DNA of 63,877 nt, the filler included, from Octopus bimaculoides (taxonomy: Eukaryota), in the NCBI RefSeq assembly GCF_001194135.2. It is 7 parts of 6 records of this genome, joined end to end, with 100 filler letters (N's around TTAATTAATTAA, not from the genome) between each part and the next. Parts side by side here need not be neighbours in the genome. Positions count along the whole stretch, not along the records: positions 1 to 5,617 come from NC_068989.1; positions 5,718 to 12,152 come from NC_069003.1; positions 12,253 to 20,365 come from NC_068991.1; 4 more parts are not named here. The stretch is one strand, 5' to 3'. The notes under the pieces were generated by a model. It ran no database searches. It was not told the origin of the DNA and saw only the letters and a program-made list of their open reading frames with translations. A program made the translations under genes and the position numbers. Position 1 is the stretch's first letter, and each line of letters starts with the position of its first letter. This document shows, one piece after another, positions 1 to 12,429 of this stretch.

Positions 1-40
<40 letters not shown>

Positions 41-244
41 GAATGCGAGAGGGATGAGAAACGAGGACTGGAAAATACCGTTACCAAAGAAAAGAATACT
101 AACTTCAACCTGCTGCAGTTTGCAGTTAGACTATTATTTTCAAATTATTGGCATATAACAGTAACTTTCTATAATGAATAATTTATAAATACTTTTATTG
201 GGCCGTCAAAGAATATGAGGTGTGCGTGCGTGTGTGTAGGGGAA

Positions 245-280
<36 letters not shown>

Positions 281-518
281 TGGGGATGTAACGCTAGTGA
301 TCTTTGTAGGAGGTCATCCAAGTCTGATGAGATCAGAGATCGATATGGTGTTGATGATTTCATGATATGGCGTTTGAACATCTGTCGGTCATCGTCTGAA
401 CGAGGCGAAATATAATGAGCATTAACAAGAAGCGACTCCACAAAAGCTCTAAACTGCTAGAAATATCACCCAACATTCTTTATTACATCTTACCGTGTTA
501 ACATGTCGAAAGAACATG

Positions 519-584
<66 letters not shown>

Positions 585-616
585 NNNNNNNNNNNNNNNN
601 NNNNNNNNNNNNNNNN

Positions 617-652
<36 letters not shown>

Positions 653-744
653 GATGCGATGAGTAAATTGTCGCCATATTGTATTTTTAATTTCACGTAT
701 ACGCGTTGTTTGTTTTTGATTTTGTCGATTACACAGTATAGTAG

Positions 745-1300
745 GGTTCGTTAGGCACCGTCTGTGAGAAAAACACCATCATGACGCAATTCACTCTGCC
801 AGAAGTTTGGAAACGATATCCTGTACTGCTTGGCACATTCACGCCAGAAGCTCCAATACGAAAAGATGGTGAACACACGGAACAAACGTTGGCTTGCCGT
901 GTCTCCCACAACATGTACCGAGAGTTATAAAAATCAAACATCCAGTCAACTTCATGGTGTTTGGAGTGATCACTAGCGATGGTGACCTTATGCCTCCATT
1001 CATCTTCCCACACAACCTCAGATTCAACACAGAGGCCTACATCAAGTGCCTGGAGGAGGTAGCGCTGCCTTGGGTCAAGAGGGTGGCTGCTGAAAGACCT
1101 TGTGTCTGGCAACAGGACTCTGTAACATGCTACTCAAGCAAGAGAACCCAGTTATGGCTGTCAGACAATTTCTACAACCACATCACCCCTAACATCTGGC
1201 CACCTAACTCCCTAGTCTGCAAACCTCTTGATTATTATGTGTGGAGCGCAGTTAAGCGAGAGACCAACAAAACTCCTTGAGATTCCGAAGTCGTCTGGAG
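745..1300 (+). mobile_element. Tc1/mariner superfamily, maT-like (DD37D) transposase remnant, internally deleted
   Basis: VMVFGVITSDG...WQQDS...WPPNSLVCKPLDYYVW. There are 37 residues between the QQD aspartate and the PLD aspartate. Frameshifted and truncated. Confidence 0.8.
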
Positions 1301-1314
1301 GCTGCGGTTGAAGT

Positions 1315-2400
1315 ATATTAAAAAAAGGATTTAGCTAACTTCTTAACGTTTAGTGACAAGTAGGGTGTATACCATAAAATAGAGCGTCCACCGCTTATTT
1401 TTGGTTGCTTAAGGGTAGTGTTATCTATATTTTTAGAAATTAGAGGGATGTAATATGGCCCGTTATTGTTAGATGTTTTAGCTTTTGTGTGTGTATGGGG
1501 GGGGGGGTCTAAGTTATCTTAATCTGGGTTCTCCCGGGGTTCTAGTATAGTGTATGTGTGGTCTGTTGTGATTCTGGTGGTTGGCATGTTGTGATATGAT
1601 TTGAGATATATGTTGCTTGAGTCTAGTATTAGGGATGTATTTTATTTGTTGAGAGAAGCCGCTGGCAGAGAGCGCTTGGTTTTAATATGGGTGTGGTTAT
1701 CGAATATTTCCTCAGTGGATGAGAAGTCAGATATACGAATTGAGATACCCTTAATTATATTATCAAAATTGGATTTGAGGTGACTGGAATTAATGCGTAA
1801 GTACTTAAGGTATTAATTAGGTTTGTGATATGGCGAGTATTGCAAGGTTTCTAAGTTTAAAGTTACGTCTAGAAAATTTGTGGTTTTGTGGGAATTTTCA
1901 AAAGTAATAGAGAGACTGAGGCTAGAGAAAAATTTGTGTAGATTTTCCTAGTTCGTTCTAAAGGGGATTTATTTAAGCTCTTTGTGACTAGCAAGGCGTC
2001 ATCTCTGTAGAGGCCTCTATTAATGTTAGGGAAATGTATTTGGAGTTGGTGGAGCGTGTATAGTCCGACGAGGTCGGTGACTTGTGCGGAGTCGGATGAC
2101 CCCATAGTAATGTGAAATAATTTGTTATGGTTATTGTTATAGTTATAGTGGTTGGCCCGGCATCAAAGTTTGTCCTCAAAAGAAATAAGGGTTTTACGGG
2201 CATTAAGGATTATGTTAATTTCGGTAGGGCATATGAGGTGTACCGATGGTTTAGTTATGAAGTCCATATTATATATATATATATACAAGCGTTCAAAAGT
2301 TTAAGATCACCTAAACTTATTTTAAAGAAAACATCTACAAAATGGAAATGACGGAGAGATTCTGGTGAAATATATTTTATTAATCTATAGTTCGATTTAT
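1315..2400 (-). mobile_element. Penelope-like element (PLE) reverse transcriptase fragment, degenerate
   Basis: ORF 1869-2105: MGSSDSAQVTDLVGLY...GLYRDDALLV (PLE-type RT YRDD motif). Downstream frames give DVTLNL...PYHKPN and a thumb-like region with stops. Confidence 0.8.
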
Positions 2401-2599
2401 TGGTTGACATAATCAAACTCAGCAACTAAACAAAGCTGTGAAAAATCAGACAAAACTCTAAATCTTAGACTCATCGAAATATCTGCCCTTGCCCTTGATC
2501 AATGTGGACCATACTCTGGCGTATGTGTGTGTGTGCGTGTGTGTGTGTGTGTGAATGTGTGTGTGTGCGTGTGTGCGCGCGCATGTGCGCGCGTGTTAC

Positions 2600-2722
2600 G
2601 ATAGAATAAGTACCAAGCTCTAAAACAGTAAGTACTAGGATCAATTTATACGACTGAACTCATCAACATGATGCCCCAGCATGGCCACAGTCCACTGACT
2701 GAAAGAAGTAACAGATAAAAGA
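2600..2722 (+). mobile_element. tRNA-derived SINE family A, 3' fragment
   Basis: Matches the 3' part of the full copy at 62483-62870 (gatagaataagtac...ccagcatggcc.cagtc...tgactgaaa). Confidence 0.7.
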
Positions 2723-4209
2723 TACATGATAAATAATACCAGTGCTATAAATTAATATTATTATAATTCGTTACACAAGTAAGGAAAGACAACCTCAAAC
2801 ATGTTCCGGTGTATTTAGTCTTCGTCAGCCAAGTATAGACTTTATTACAATTACAAAACATGTTGGTTGGTGGAAGGTCTGATTAATACCATTATAAGTG
2901 AATATATGCAGACATGTTGATTAATATTTTGACGTCATAGTTATTATTTAAGTCTTCACTACGGAATACAGATGATTGTGATGGCCTATATTGTATACAA
3001 TGCTTTATTCCCTGCCTTGCGTAATACACACTGAGGTTCGACTTACTGCAGTAGATAGATATAAGCGTTGTTTAGACGCTTATAATCAATATATCGATCA
3101 AGCAATCAATCAGTAGTGGCTATATATATACATATACATACACACACACATACATACATGTACATTATATATATATATATATNNNNNNNNNNNNNNNNNN
3201 NNNNNNNNNNNNNNNNNNNNNNNNNNNNNNNNNNNNNNATATATATAAGAAAAACATTTAAACCGCAGTATTTTTTCAATCTCCATCTCCTTACAATTTT
3301 TCTATTATATAATTATTATACTGTACCTCTGGTTATCAAGTATATATATATCTCTTTCTCTCTCTCACTATATATGTATATGTGTGTGTGTGTATATATA
3401 TACATACATACATGTATACATACATACATGTATACATACATACATACATACTGTTCGCGTCGGCGTTCTCTCTACATTCTTTTCTCCTTTTTTAATGTTG
3501 AAAAAAGTCCACCACACACAGAAAAAAACCCCAGAAAATAAGTAAATGGCACCATTACGATAATAGCGCCGAAAACGGAAAACAGCATATGCATGATTTT
3601 ATAGATAGGAAAAAACAAAAATAAATGTTTTATTATATTCCAATGGCGTTCCTATGAATAGAAAATTCATTAATAGATTATATAAGTTACTGAAAACGTA
3701 TGCTGATGGGGGTCAGTCATTGTGGAAATTATATTTATTCGCGCATGCGTCGAACAAGGTGTAGAGCAGACGATTATATTATGAATTTTCCCGCTCTGTC
3801 TGTCTGTTTCTTTCTCCTTCCACTTCTCTTCTTTCTGTTTCTCACTCTCGCTCTTATCTATTCTGTTCTTTTCAATGATTTTTCTGTTCTTTCCTTTCGT
3901 TTCTTCTTTTCCTTAAAGCACAAACATGCGCCTGTATATTACATATGTACCAAAGCGCTGCATGTGCCCAGACACGTACACACATACGCACGCACAAGGA
4001 CATCTACCCGCTCCCACATTTTGCTCTGTTTCTTTTGTTTATCAATCCAGTTTCATGCACATCATTTCCTTAATATCTATATCATAGTCGGCATTAACTC
4101 GTGTCCGAAAAGTTAATCTGGAACGTGTGATTGAGATTCTTCATGCTGATGGGTGCGAAGAGTGCCGGTGTCTGAGGTTCTGAGGCGACTCCGACACCCT
4201 TTGCACCTA

Positions 4210-4271
<62 letters not shown>

Positions 4272-4299
4272 ATATATATTAATATAACATCCATACAAA

Positions 4300-5510
4300 C
4301 TTCTATACATACAACTTGCATTCACCCAGAAGTTTGCCTTTTATAGAACCACGACTGATGTTGCAATTTGCCTTCTCTTTCTTGGACAGGTCCAAAGGGA
4401 GTTTGAAACAGGAATGAGCTGTGCGGTCACCACTTAGCAGATTTGCAGCTATTCCACTGGACGCTTCTACTATGGTAATGTGTTGCATTTGGCGCAGTTT
4501 AGCCGGAGGAAGGTTGATGACAAATGTCTTGCCAGTTCTACCCGGAGCATTCAGAAAGAAAATACCTCCTCTTTCACTTTCAATGCTCGAAATAATGATC
4601 TTATAAACACCCAGTTGGTCCTCCATCAGTTTGTGTTCGTTATCAGCAATAAACGCCGTCATTTCCTCGATGTCATAGCTGATTTCTTGCAGGTACTCAA
4701 TTGCGAGATTGTTTGCTGCCTGCTCCGGTTGAGGCAGACCAAATGTGGCAGTCCCTTGATCTCCCATAACTTGCACTCGGGCGTCCAGGTCAAGTAATGG
4801 CTCATTGTAAATGGCGTTATTGAACGTGGCAATTTCCGCTGAGGTTTACCTTTGAATCCTTTGTAGGATGTCCTCTGGCATGCTGGTTTTGTGGGTCGCC
4901 CAAAGCTTGAGAGATTCACCCAAGCCACATGTCATCAACATGATAGAAAATAACTGACGCATTTGACTTGGTGCTCTGCTGACTGCTGGCTCTTCCAGTG
5001 TCTGGTCCCAGTGAGCATCGCCCTCAAGTACTCCATGTTTGGCGCAGGTTTCTCTGTAGGTCATGCAGACTTACCCATTGTGTTTTCAAAGGTCTGACAG
5101 TGTGCAGCAGTAAACGCAGAAAGAAGCACTCCTGCTGATTAGGGTGCACAGTGAACATCAGCCCGATGGCACCACTTCTGAAGACAGCTTGTTTTTCCCA
5201 GCCTTCAACGCGTGCTCCTTGTTTGCGATGAGTCTGTTCCATCTATTGTGTGCCCAGGTATAGTACACGGGAACCTCAACATACAACAGTGTTCAGGAAA
5301 ACAGATCACATTGCCATAACTTGAAGAAAGCTGTCAAAGTGGTTTCTGGTGGATTCAGAACTACGTTTCGAGCATTGTCTTCTGCGAAATATACGCGCCG
5401 GCCATTTTCAAAATTTACAGGTAGATTCACCATTGTTGGATGCCGCTCGTGGATTTCGAAGCCCTCGCTGGAGGAAATATACCTGCCCAATTTATAACAA
5501 TATTTAACAA
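4300..5510 (-). mobile_element. Helitron Rep/helicase (PIF1-like) fragment, frameshifted
   Basis: Minus-strand ORFs give YISSSEGFEIHERHPTMVNLPVNFENG, MFTVHPNQQECFFLRLLLHTVR, TYRETCAKHGVLEGDAHWDQTLEE and a Walker A region FFLNAPGRTGKTF...ASSGIAANLLSGDRTAHSCFKLPL. Confidence 0.9.
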
Positions 5511-5524
5511 TATATACATATGTA

Positions 5525-5574
<50 letters not shown>

Positions 5575-5661
5575 CATATATATATTCTTTTCTTTTACTC
5601 TTTTACTTGTTTCAGTCNNNNNNNNNNNNNNNNNNNNNNNNNNNNNNNNNNNNNNNNNNNN

Positions 5662-5673
5662 TTAATTAATTAA
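5662..5673. other. Assembly linker TTAATTAATTAA centred in a 100-bp N gap (also 12197, 20410, 39085, 45780, 55425)
   Basis: Identical 12-mer with stops in all six frames, always inside N runs totalling 100 bp. Marks joins of unknown size; not biological. Confidence 0.95.
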
Positions 5674-5717
5674 NNNNNNNNNNNNNNNNNNNNNNNNNNN
5701 NNNNNNNNNNNNNNNNN

Positions 5718-5775
<58 letters not shown>

Positions 5776-5919
5776 GTATGTATATATATATGTATCTATG
5801 TATATGTATATATATATATACATATGTATAAGCAAATATATATACAAATATGCATATATATGTATGTATGTATGTATGAATGTATGTATAGACATGCCTA
5901 TATACGAATAAATATAATT

Positions 5920-6620
5920 AAGTATGCGTGTTTATGTTTGTCTGGAAATGGGGACAGTTGCATGCCAGACTGGTTAGCTGTGGCAGAGACAAAATTGATC
6001 CCCAAATGCAGGCCCAAAAACTACCGGCCAACTGCATGCCGGTATTTAATGTATAAAATATATGCAACTTGTTGAAACTTAATCGTCCAAGACTATTCTA
6101 AAGTTAGTAACATCATTTAGCAGAACCAGCAGCTGGGAAGAAGTGAGTTTGAGAATGTGCCGAGCAGTTGTTAATAAACAAAACTATAATATCAGAGATG
6201 CGGGAGCATAAAAAGGAACCTAGTTTCAATGAGTCTGGACTACAAGAAAGCCTTTGAATCTGTCTCCCACTTACGGATGCTAGAAGCCCTTCGACTTGCT
6301 AAAGTTCCAGTGAGCAGGGTCAAAACCATATCTGTCCTAACTTCATCGTGGGCCACCAGCATAAAGCTGAAGATCAGCGAAAAAGGAAATACCTATGCTA
6401 ACTATTGAGGAATCTATACCTACTCTATCCAGATTAGAAGTTCAGGTTTATACCTGTAATCATTGGGGCACTAGGATATGTAACACAAGCTTAAATACCA
6501 ATCTTGAGAAATTCGGCCTCTCAAAACCAGAAAGGAGAAAGCTGATTCGAAGACTACAAGCCCAAGCCATCACTGGAACTGTAAAAATCTGCCAAACTTT
6601 CCTGCAGTCTATCATTTAAG
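5920..6620 (+). mobile_element. Non-LTR retrotransposon of RLE type (R4/Dong-like), RT start joined to C-terminus
   Basis: TKLIPK..PKNYRPTACRYLMYK and WLDYKKAFESV..LEALRLAKVP (RT subdomains), then the C-terminal LEKFGLSKPERRKLIRRLQAQAITGTVKICQTF. Confidence 0.75.
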
Positions 6621-6968
6621 TATATACGAACATGTCTAGATATGCAACTACATGCTTGAGAATACACACATAGAGCAAAACATACAAATCTGCACACATA
6701 CATACATACATACATACATACATACATACATACATACATACATACATACACACATACATACAAAAATATCCTGTTGTTGATGTTGAAATTCTAATGAAGG
6801 AGCCTTGGATCTAGGTTAGAAACCGGTTCGTTCTCTATTGGCAAGAAATCTTGAAATAAAACTGAATGATAACATGCATACACATAAAATTCAGGCATAC
6901 GTAGATTCATTTGTGTAACGATCCATCCGCTCATATATGCATCCATACTTTCAAAGCTACATTGAAAA

Positions 6969-7084
<116 letters not shown>

Positions 7085-7419
7085 CACACTTACACTCACA
7101 GATACATCCATACATTCCGACATACATTTTCACATACACAACGTAGACATATACATCATAATTACAAAGATACATGTATGCATGCAAACATACACAAACA
7201 TATACAACATGATATATTCGCACATATACACGCACACATGTATACACACACGTAAATACATGCATACATTCATATATACATATGTACATACATGCATAAA
7301 CATATGTATACATTCAATATGTATGTATATATATACATAGATTACACAACACACCCAGAGTGAAATTACTGTTCCTCTCAACAAGAACAAAGCCAAGACA
7401 CATTTTTGAGCAGAAAATG

Positions 7420-7463
<44 letters not shown>

Positions 7464-7989
7464 AGGGAAAGAGAGAAGGAGAGAGAGGGAGATATCGATA
7501 GAGACAGAGACAGAGAGAAAGAGAGAGACAAAGAGACAAAGGCAGACAGGCAGACAGGCAGACAGACAAGGGCTAATAGAAATAAAATGAAAGACAGAGA
7601 GAGAGATAGAGATAGAGATAGAGAGGGAGATATCGATAGAGAGAGACAGAGAGTGACAGAGAGAGACAGAGAGAGACAGAGACAAAAACAGACAGTCAGA
7701 CAGACAGACAGACAAGGACTAAGAGAAATAAAATGAAAGACAGAGAGAAAAGAGGGAATTAGAAAGGAGTAGAATATTCTAGAATAAAAAACGAAAAAGA
7801 GAAACACTTCTAATTTCCCTCCCCCTCTCTCTCTCTCTCTTCTTCTCTCTCTTTCTCTCTTTCTCGTGTCCTCGTCTTCTTTGTTTACTATCTTTGCTGT
7901 TGTTGTTTTTATCGTTGTTTATATTTCATTTGTATTTTTGTTTTTTTATTTCGGATTTGGTCGGTGACGTTCTTGAAGACTTCCGCTTT

Positions 7990-8066
7990 TTATTGCTGAT
8001 GTTGGCCGTTCAATGTCGGCTGTTTATTACCGAAAACCATTATTAATATTATTACTATTGCTAATC

Positions 8067-8135
<69 letters not shown>

Positions 8136-8258
8136 GTCATCGTCATCCTCTTCACAGTTCTTGGTGTTGTTACTTTTGTTGTTGCTGGTCTCGTCGTTAT
8201 TGTATTAAAATCATCATTACTATAACGGATTTTGTGCAATCATCATCATCCTCATCAC

Positions 8259-8294
<36 letters not shown>

Positions 8295-8349
8295 GTTGAC
8301 AATTTTTGTTGTTGCTGCCGTTCTCGTTTTATCCTATTAAAATCATCAC

Positions 8350-8380
<31 letters not shown>

Positions 8381-8671
8381 GTTGTTGTTGTTGTTATTAT
8401 CATCATCATCATCAGTAGTATTATTATTACGGATTTTACAATCATTACAATCATCACCATCACCACCACCACCGTCATCATCAACATCGTCGTCATCATC
8501 ATCATCATCTTCCTCCTCCTCCTCCTCCTCATCATCATCATCATCATCTTCTTCTTCTTCTTCTTCATCATTATAACCATCATCATCATCGTCGTCATCA
8601 TCTTTACAATTCCTTTTGTTATTGTTCTTGTTTTTGTTCATGTATTGAAGTCATCATTACTGGCTTTTGCA

Positions 8672-8721
<50 letters not shown>

Positions 8722-8822
8722 CATTATTATTATTATTCTGCTGCTGCTGCTGATGATGATGATGTTTGCCACTACTACAATTACAACTACTCCTTTTATA
8801 TTGCTGTTATTATCGCTTTACA

Positions 8823-8881
<59 letters not shown>

Positions 8882-9010
8882 CACCACCACTACCACCACC
8901 ACTATTACTACTTGTATTTATTTCTCTTCGCATTCTACTAAAAAGTACTACTACCACCACCACCACAACTACCATCACTACTCCTACTACTACCAATGCT
9001 TCCTTTTCTC
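7990..9010. repeat. Mosaic trinucleotide array (CAT/ATT/ACT/CAC/CTT)
   Basis: Directly visible. The homopolymer-amino-acid ORFs here are by-products. Confidence 0.95.
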
Positions 9011-9446
9011 CCCCACCCCACCCCTTTCGTCTTTTGATATTGCTGGTTTGATTTCATGGATACTAAAATGGACAATGAAACCGCGTGTAATTATCAAATC
9101 AAGTCACTAGATGTCGCTAAGGTATGATGATGAGGGAAGGTTCGGTGTGTGGGTGTGTCTTGACATTCATCATAAAACATAGAATTCACAACACATACAA
9201 TCACAATAATTATACCAACAAGAAAAAAAAACCCACTGTTTTTATTTCTGTTTTTGTATTGAGGGTCAAAGAAATTGCTGGAATTATATGGGTATTAGAC
9301 ATATAAAGTTCGTCTCGTGTTCGTGTGGTGTTGGGTTCAGTCCCACCGTACAGCACCTTGGAAGTGTGTCTTCCATTGTGCCCGCAAGTAAATTCGTTCC
9401 TTCTGAGTAAATGATGTTAGGTGGAAACTGCACGTGTAGGAGACTG

Positions 9447-9503
<57 letters not shown>

Positions 9504-10255
9504 NNNNNNNNNNNNNNNNNNNNNNNNNNNNNNNNNNNNNNNNNNNNNNNNNNNNNNNNNNNNNNNNNNNNNNNNNNNNNNNNNNNNNNNNNNNNNNNNN
9601 NNNNNNNNNNNNNNNNNNNNNNNNNNNNNNNNNNNNNNNNNNNNNNNNNNNNNNNNNNNNNNNNNNNNNNNNNNNNNNNNNNNNNNNNNNNNNNNNNNNN
9701 NNNNNNNNNNNNNNNNNNNNNNNNNNNNNNNNNNNNNNNNNNNNNNNNNNNNNNNNNNNNNNNNNNNNNNNNNNNNNNNNNNNNNNNNNNNNNNNNNNNN
9801 NNNNNNNNNNNNNNNNNNNNNNNNNNNNNNNNNNNNNNNNNNNNNNNNNNNNNNNNNNNNNNNNNNNNNNNNNNNNNNNNNNNNNNNNNNNNNNNNNNNN
9901 NNNNNNNNNNNNNNNNNNNNNNNNNNNNNNNNNNNNNNNNNNNNNNNNNNNNNNNNNNNNNNNNNNNNNNNNNNNNNNNNNNNNNNNNNNNNNNNNNNNN
10001 NNNNNNNNNNNNNNNNNNNNNNNNNNNNNNNNNNNNNNNNNNNNNNNNNNNNNNNNNNNNNNNNNNNNNNNNNNNNNNNNNNNNNNNNNNNNNNNNNNNN
10101 NNNNNNNNNNNNNNNNNNNNNNNNNNNNNNNNNNNNNNNNNNNNNNNNNNNNNNNNNNNNNNNNNNNNNNNNNNNNNNNNNNNNNNNNNNNNNNNNNNNN
10201 NNNNNNNNNNNNNNNNNNNNNNNNNNNNNNNNNNNNNNNNNNNNNNNNNNNNNNC

Positions 10256-10543
10256 ATTCGCCTTATTCGCCAGACTTAGGCCCCTTTGACTTTCATCTAT
10301 TCCCAAAAATGAAAGAAGCTCTGGCTGGTCGCCATTTTGCCAGTGCCAATGACGTCATAGATGCTGTAGGAAGTTTCTTGGAGTCTCAAACAAAAGAGTT
10401 CCTCTACGCCAGGATAATGGTGCTTCAACACCGCTGGAGAAAGTGTCCAGCCATCGAGGGGGACTATGTTGAAAAATAAATCATCAGAAGTCTTGTACCA
10501 TGTTTTGTTTTTTTCAGGCTCAAAACTTTTCATACATCCCTCG
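10256..10543 (+). mobile_element. mariner (DD34D) 3' end with right TIR; left part lost in N gap
   Basis: HSPYSPDLGPFDFHLFPKMKEALAGRHF...RWRKCPAIEGDYVEK*. Ends ...ttttcatacatccctcg followed by TA at 10544. Confidence 0.9.
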
Positions 10544-10650
10544 TAATTTAAAAATTAAAAAAACCTGTCCTATGGAACGGATTTTATCAGCACATTTTAT
10601 TAAATGGATTTTGCTACCGTTTAGATAGAGAACTTCGAAATGGAAAAGAT

Positions 10651-10739
10651 GCGCTGAATCATCTTTGCGCTGAATTGTCCTTGCAATGAATTGTCATGCG
10701 CGGAATTGTCGGCGCTGAACTGTCATGCACGGAAAACTG
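10651..10739. repeat. Six-unit 14-16 bp tandem array (GCGCTGAATTGTC-like)
   Basis: Units start at 10651, 10667, 10683, 10698, 10712 and 10727. Confidence 0.75.
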
Positions 10740-11099
10740 AGAAAATTCGGTATTATTTGTACCCCATTATACATGTTTCATTTCCTAATAGGAGTTACAC
10801 AATTGTACATGTAAAAAAACATGTGAGACATCTATTACTGATTCTAATAATTTTATGATATTATTTCAATAGTAATATTTTAATTCACTGTCTGAAGAAT
10901 TACTAATACTGAGATGTCTTACATGTTTTTCCAACATGTCTACCTCTGTAGCTCCTATCAGGAAATGAAGCATATATATAATAAGGATTAAATAACACTG
11001 AGTTTTTCCAGTCTTCTGTCTTGATATGTAATTACTCTGCAAAAATAATTTTCCAGTATTTTCCTATGTTTTAACTCTTATTTAAAATATCGTCGTCGT

Positions 11100-11830
11100 A
11101 ATCATGTATCGTACGCCTGCAGCGCTTTGATGACACTACAACCAAAATGTTCCCGATTGAGCGTGAGTTCTCCAACTGCCTTGCCACTCTTGACCAACCA
11201 GAAATTGATATTGCCCATCTATTGCGATCTTTACTTGCCTCTTGATCTACAACTCTTAATTCTTCCTTCCATGATAATGTTTTCCAGACCTCTGCTTCTT
11301 CAAATATGGCCATTATAGATGAGCCTTTGTTTTTCCACAACTTTCAGGAGTTGTCGTCTTGTTATAAATACCCATTCATTTGACCGATGATCCTTTAAGA
11401 CACTCGTAACATTCATTCTCCTATACACCCACATCTCAAACGCGTTGATTATATCCTCTTCAAACTTGTTCAGAGTTCCTGTTTTGCAATTAAATGAGCG
11501 CTCACGCTAGCCTTGATTTTAATTTAGTTGGGACTCTTTTGCTGGTTCCGATGCCATTACACTTTTCCATGGATGTTCTTGTCATATTTAGTCATGACCC
11601 TTATTTTTTATTGCATATGGCTTCATCAGAGGTTTCGACTCCTAGACATTTATACTATTCAACATGTTTAAGCCTCTTACTGACCAGTCTGATTTTAACA
11701 TTTGCTTTCTCTCTTACTAATAAGACTTTAGTTTTCTTACGGTTCAGATAAAGACTAGCCGTATTTGATATCATCTCGAATCTATTTATCATTTCTTGTA
11801 GTCCGGCTTTATTAGATCTACAAATATACT
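11100..11830 (-). mobile_element. RTE-clade LINE, RT C-terminal fragment, degenerate
   Basis: Minus-strand frames give NAFEMWVYRRMN..SVLKDHRSNEWVF..RRQLLKVV-like text and W..SI..W (RTE C-terminal pattern), with stops and frameshifts. Confidence 0.65.
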
Positions 11831-11898
11831 TTGGAGTACTGGAATATGCAGGTGTGCTTCATAAAGATACAGCTCGGATTATAAACCTATCTGCATAC

Positions 11899-11929
<31 letters not shown>

Positions 11930-11931
11930 AA

Positions 11932-11978
<47 letters not shown>

Positions 11979-12024
11979 GCTGAACCCTAATTATAATTAT
12001 GCTTATAATTATATATATATATAA

Positions 12025-12380
12025 TTCTTTTATTCTTTTACTTGTTTCAATCATTAGGCTGCAGCCATACTGGAGAACCGGTTTAGAGGGTTTTTAATCG
12101 AAGAAGTCAACCCCTAGGACTTATTCTTTATAAGGATAGTACTTATTCTATTNNNNNNNNNNNNNNNNNNNNNNNNNNNNNNNNNNNNNNNNNNNNTTAA
12201 TTAATTAANNNNNNNNNNNNNNNNNNNNNNNNNNNNNNNNNNNNNNNNNNNNCACGGCGGCCGTGGCTGTGTGGTTAAGAAGCTCACTTTGCAGCCACTC
12301 GGTTTCGGGTTCCAATCCCACTATGTGACACCTTCGCCGAGTATCATCTACTATAGCTCGGGTCGAACAGTGACTTTTCA
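12025..12380. mobile_element. SINE family A fragments either side of a linker gap (3' end on -, tRNA head on +)
   Basis: ttcttttattcttttacttgtttc... tail, and gtggctgtgtggttaagaagctcac...ggttccaatcccact head. Confidence 0.65.
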
Positions 12381-12429
12381 GCACTTTTCAGCACCTCCCC
12401 TCCCCCGCCATCACTCTTCTGACCTCGTC

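Noticed and set aside
3746-3760. NRF1-like motif CGCGCATGCG as a promoter
   Set aside because: A single motif with no adjacent exon; similar strings arise inside the (GC/AT) repeats at 2575-2595.
4303-4776. Host PIF1 helicase gene
   Set aside because: It is contiguous with frameshifted Helitron Rep-region motifs, has no introns and has a degraded Walker A context.
9284-10479. 300-350 aa ORFs and similar long X-filled ORFs elsewhere
   Set aside because: Their length comes from N runs; only the mariner tail at 10256-10479 is real.
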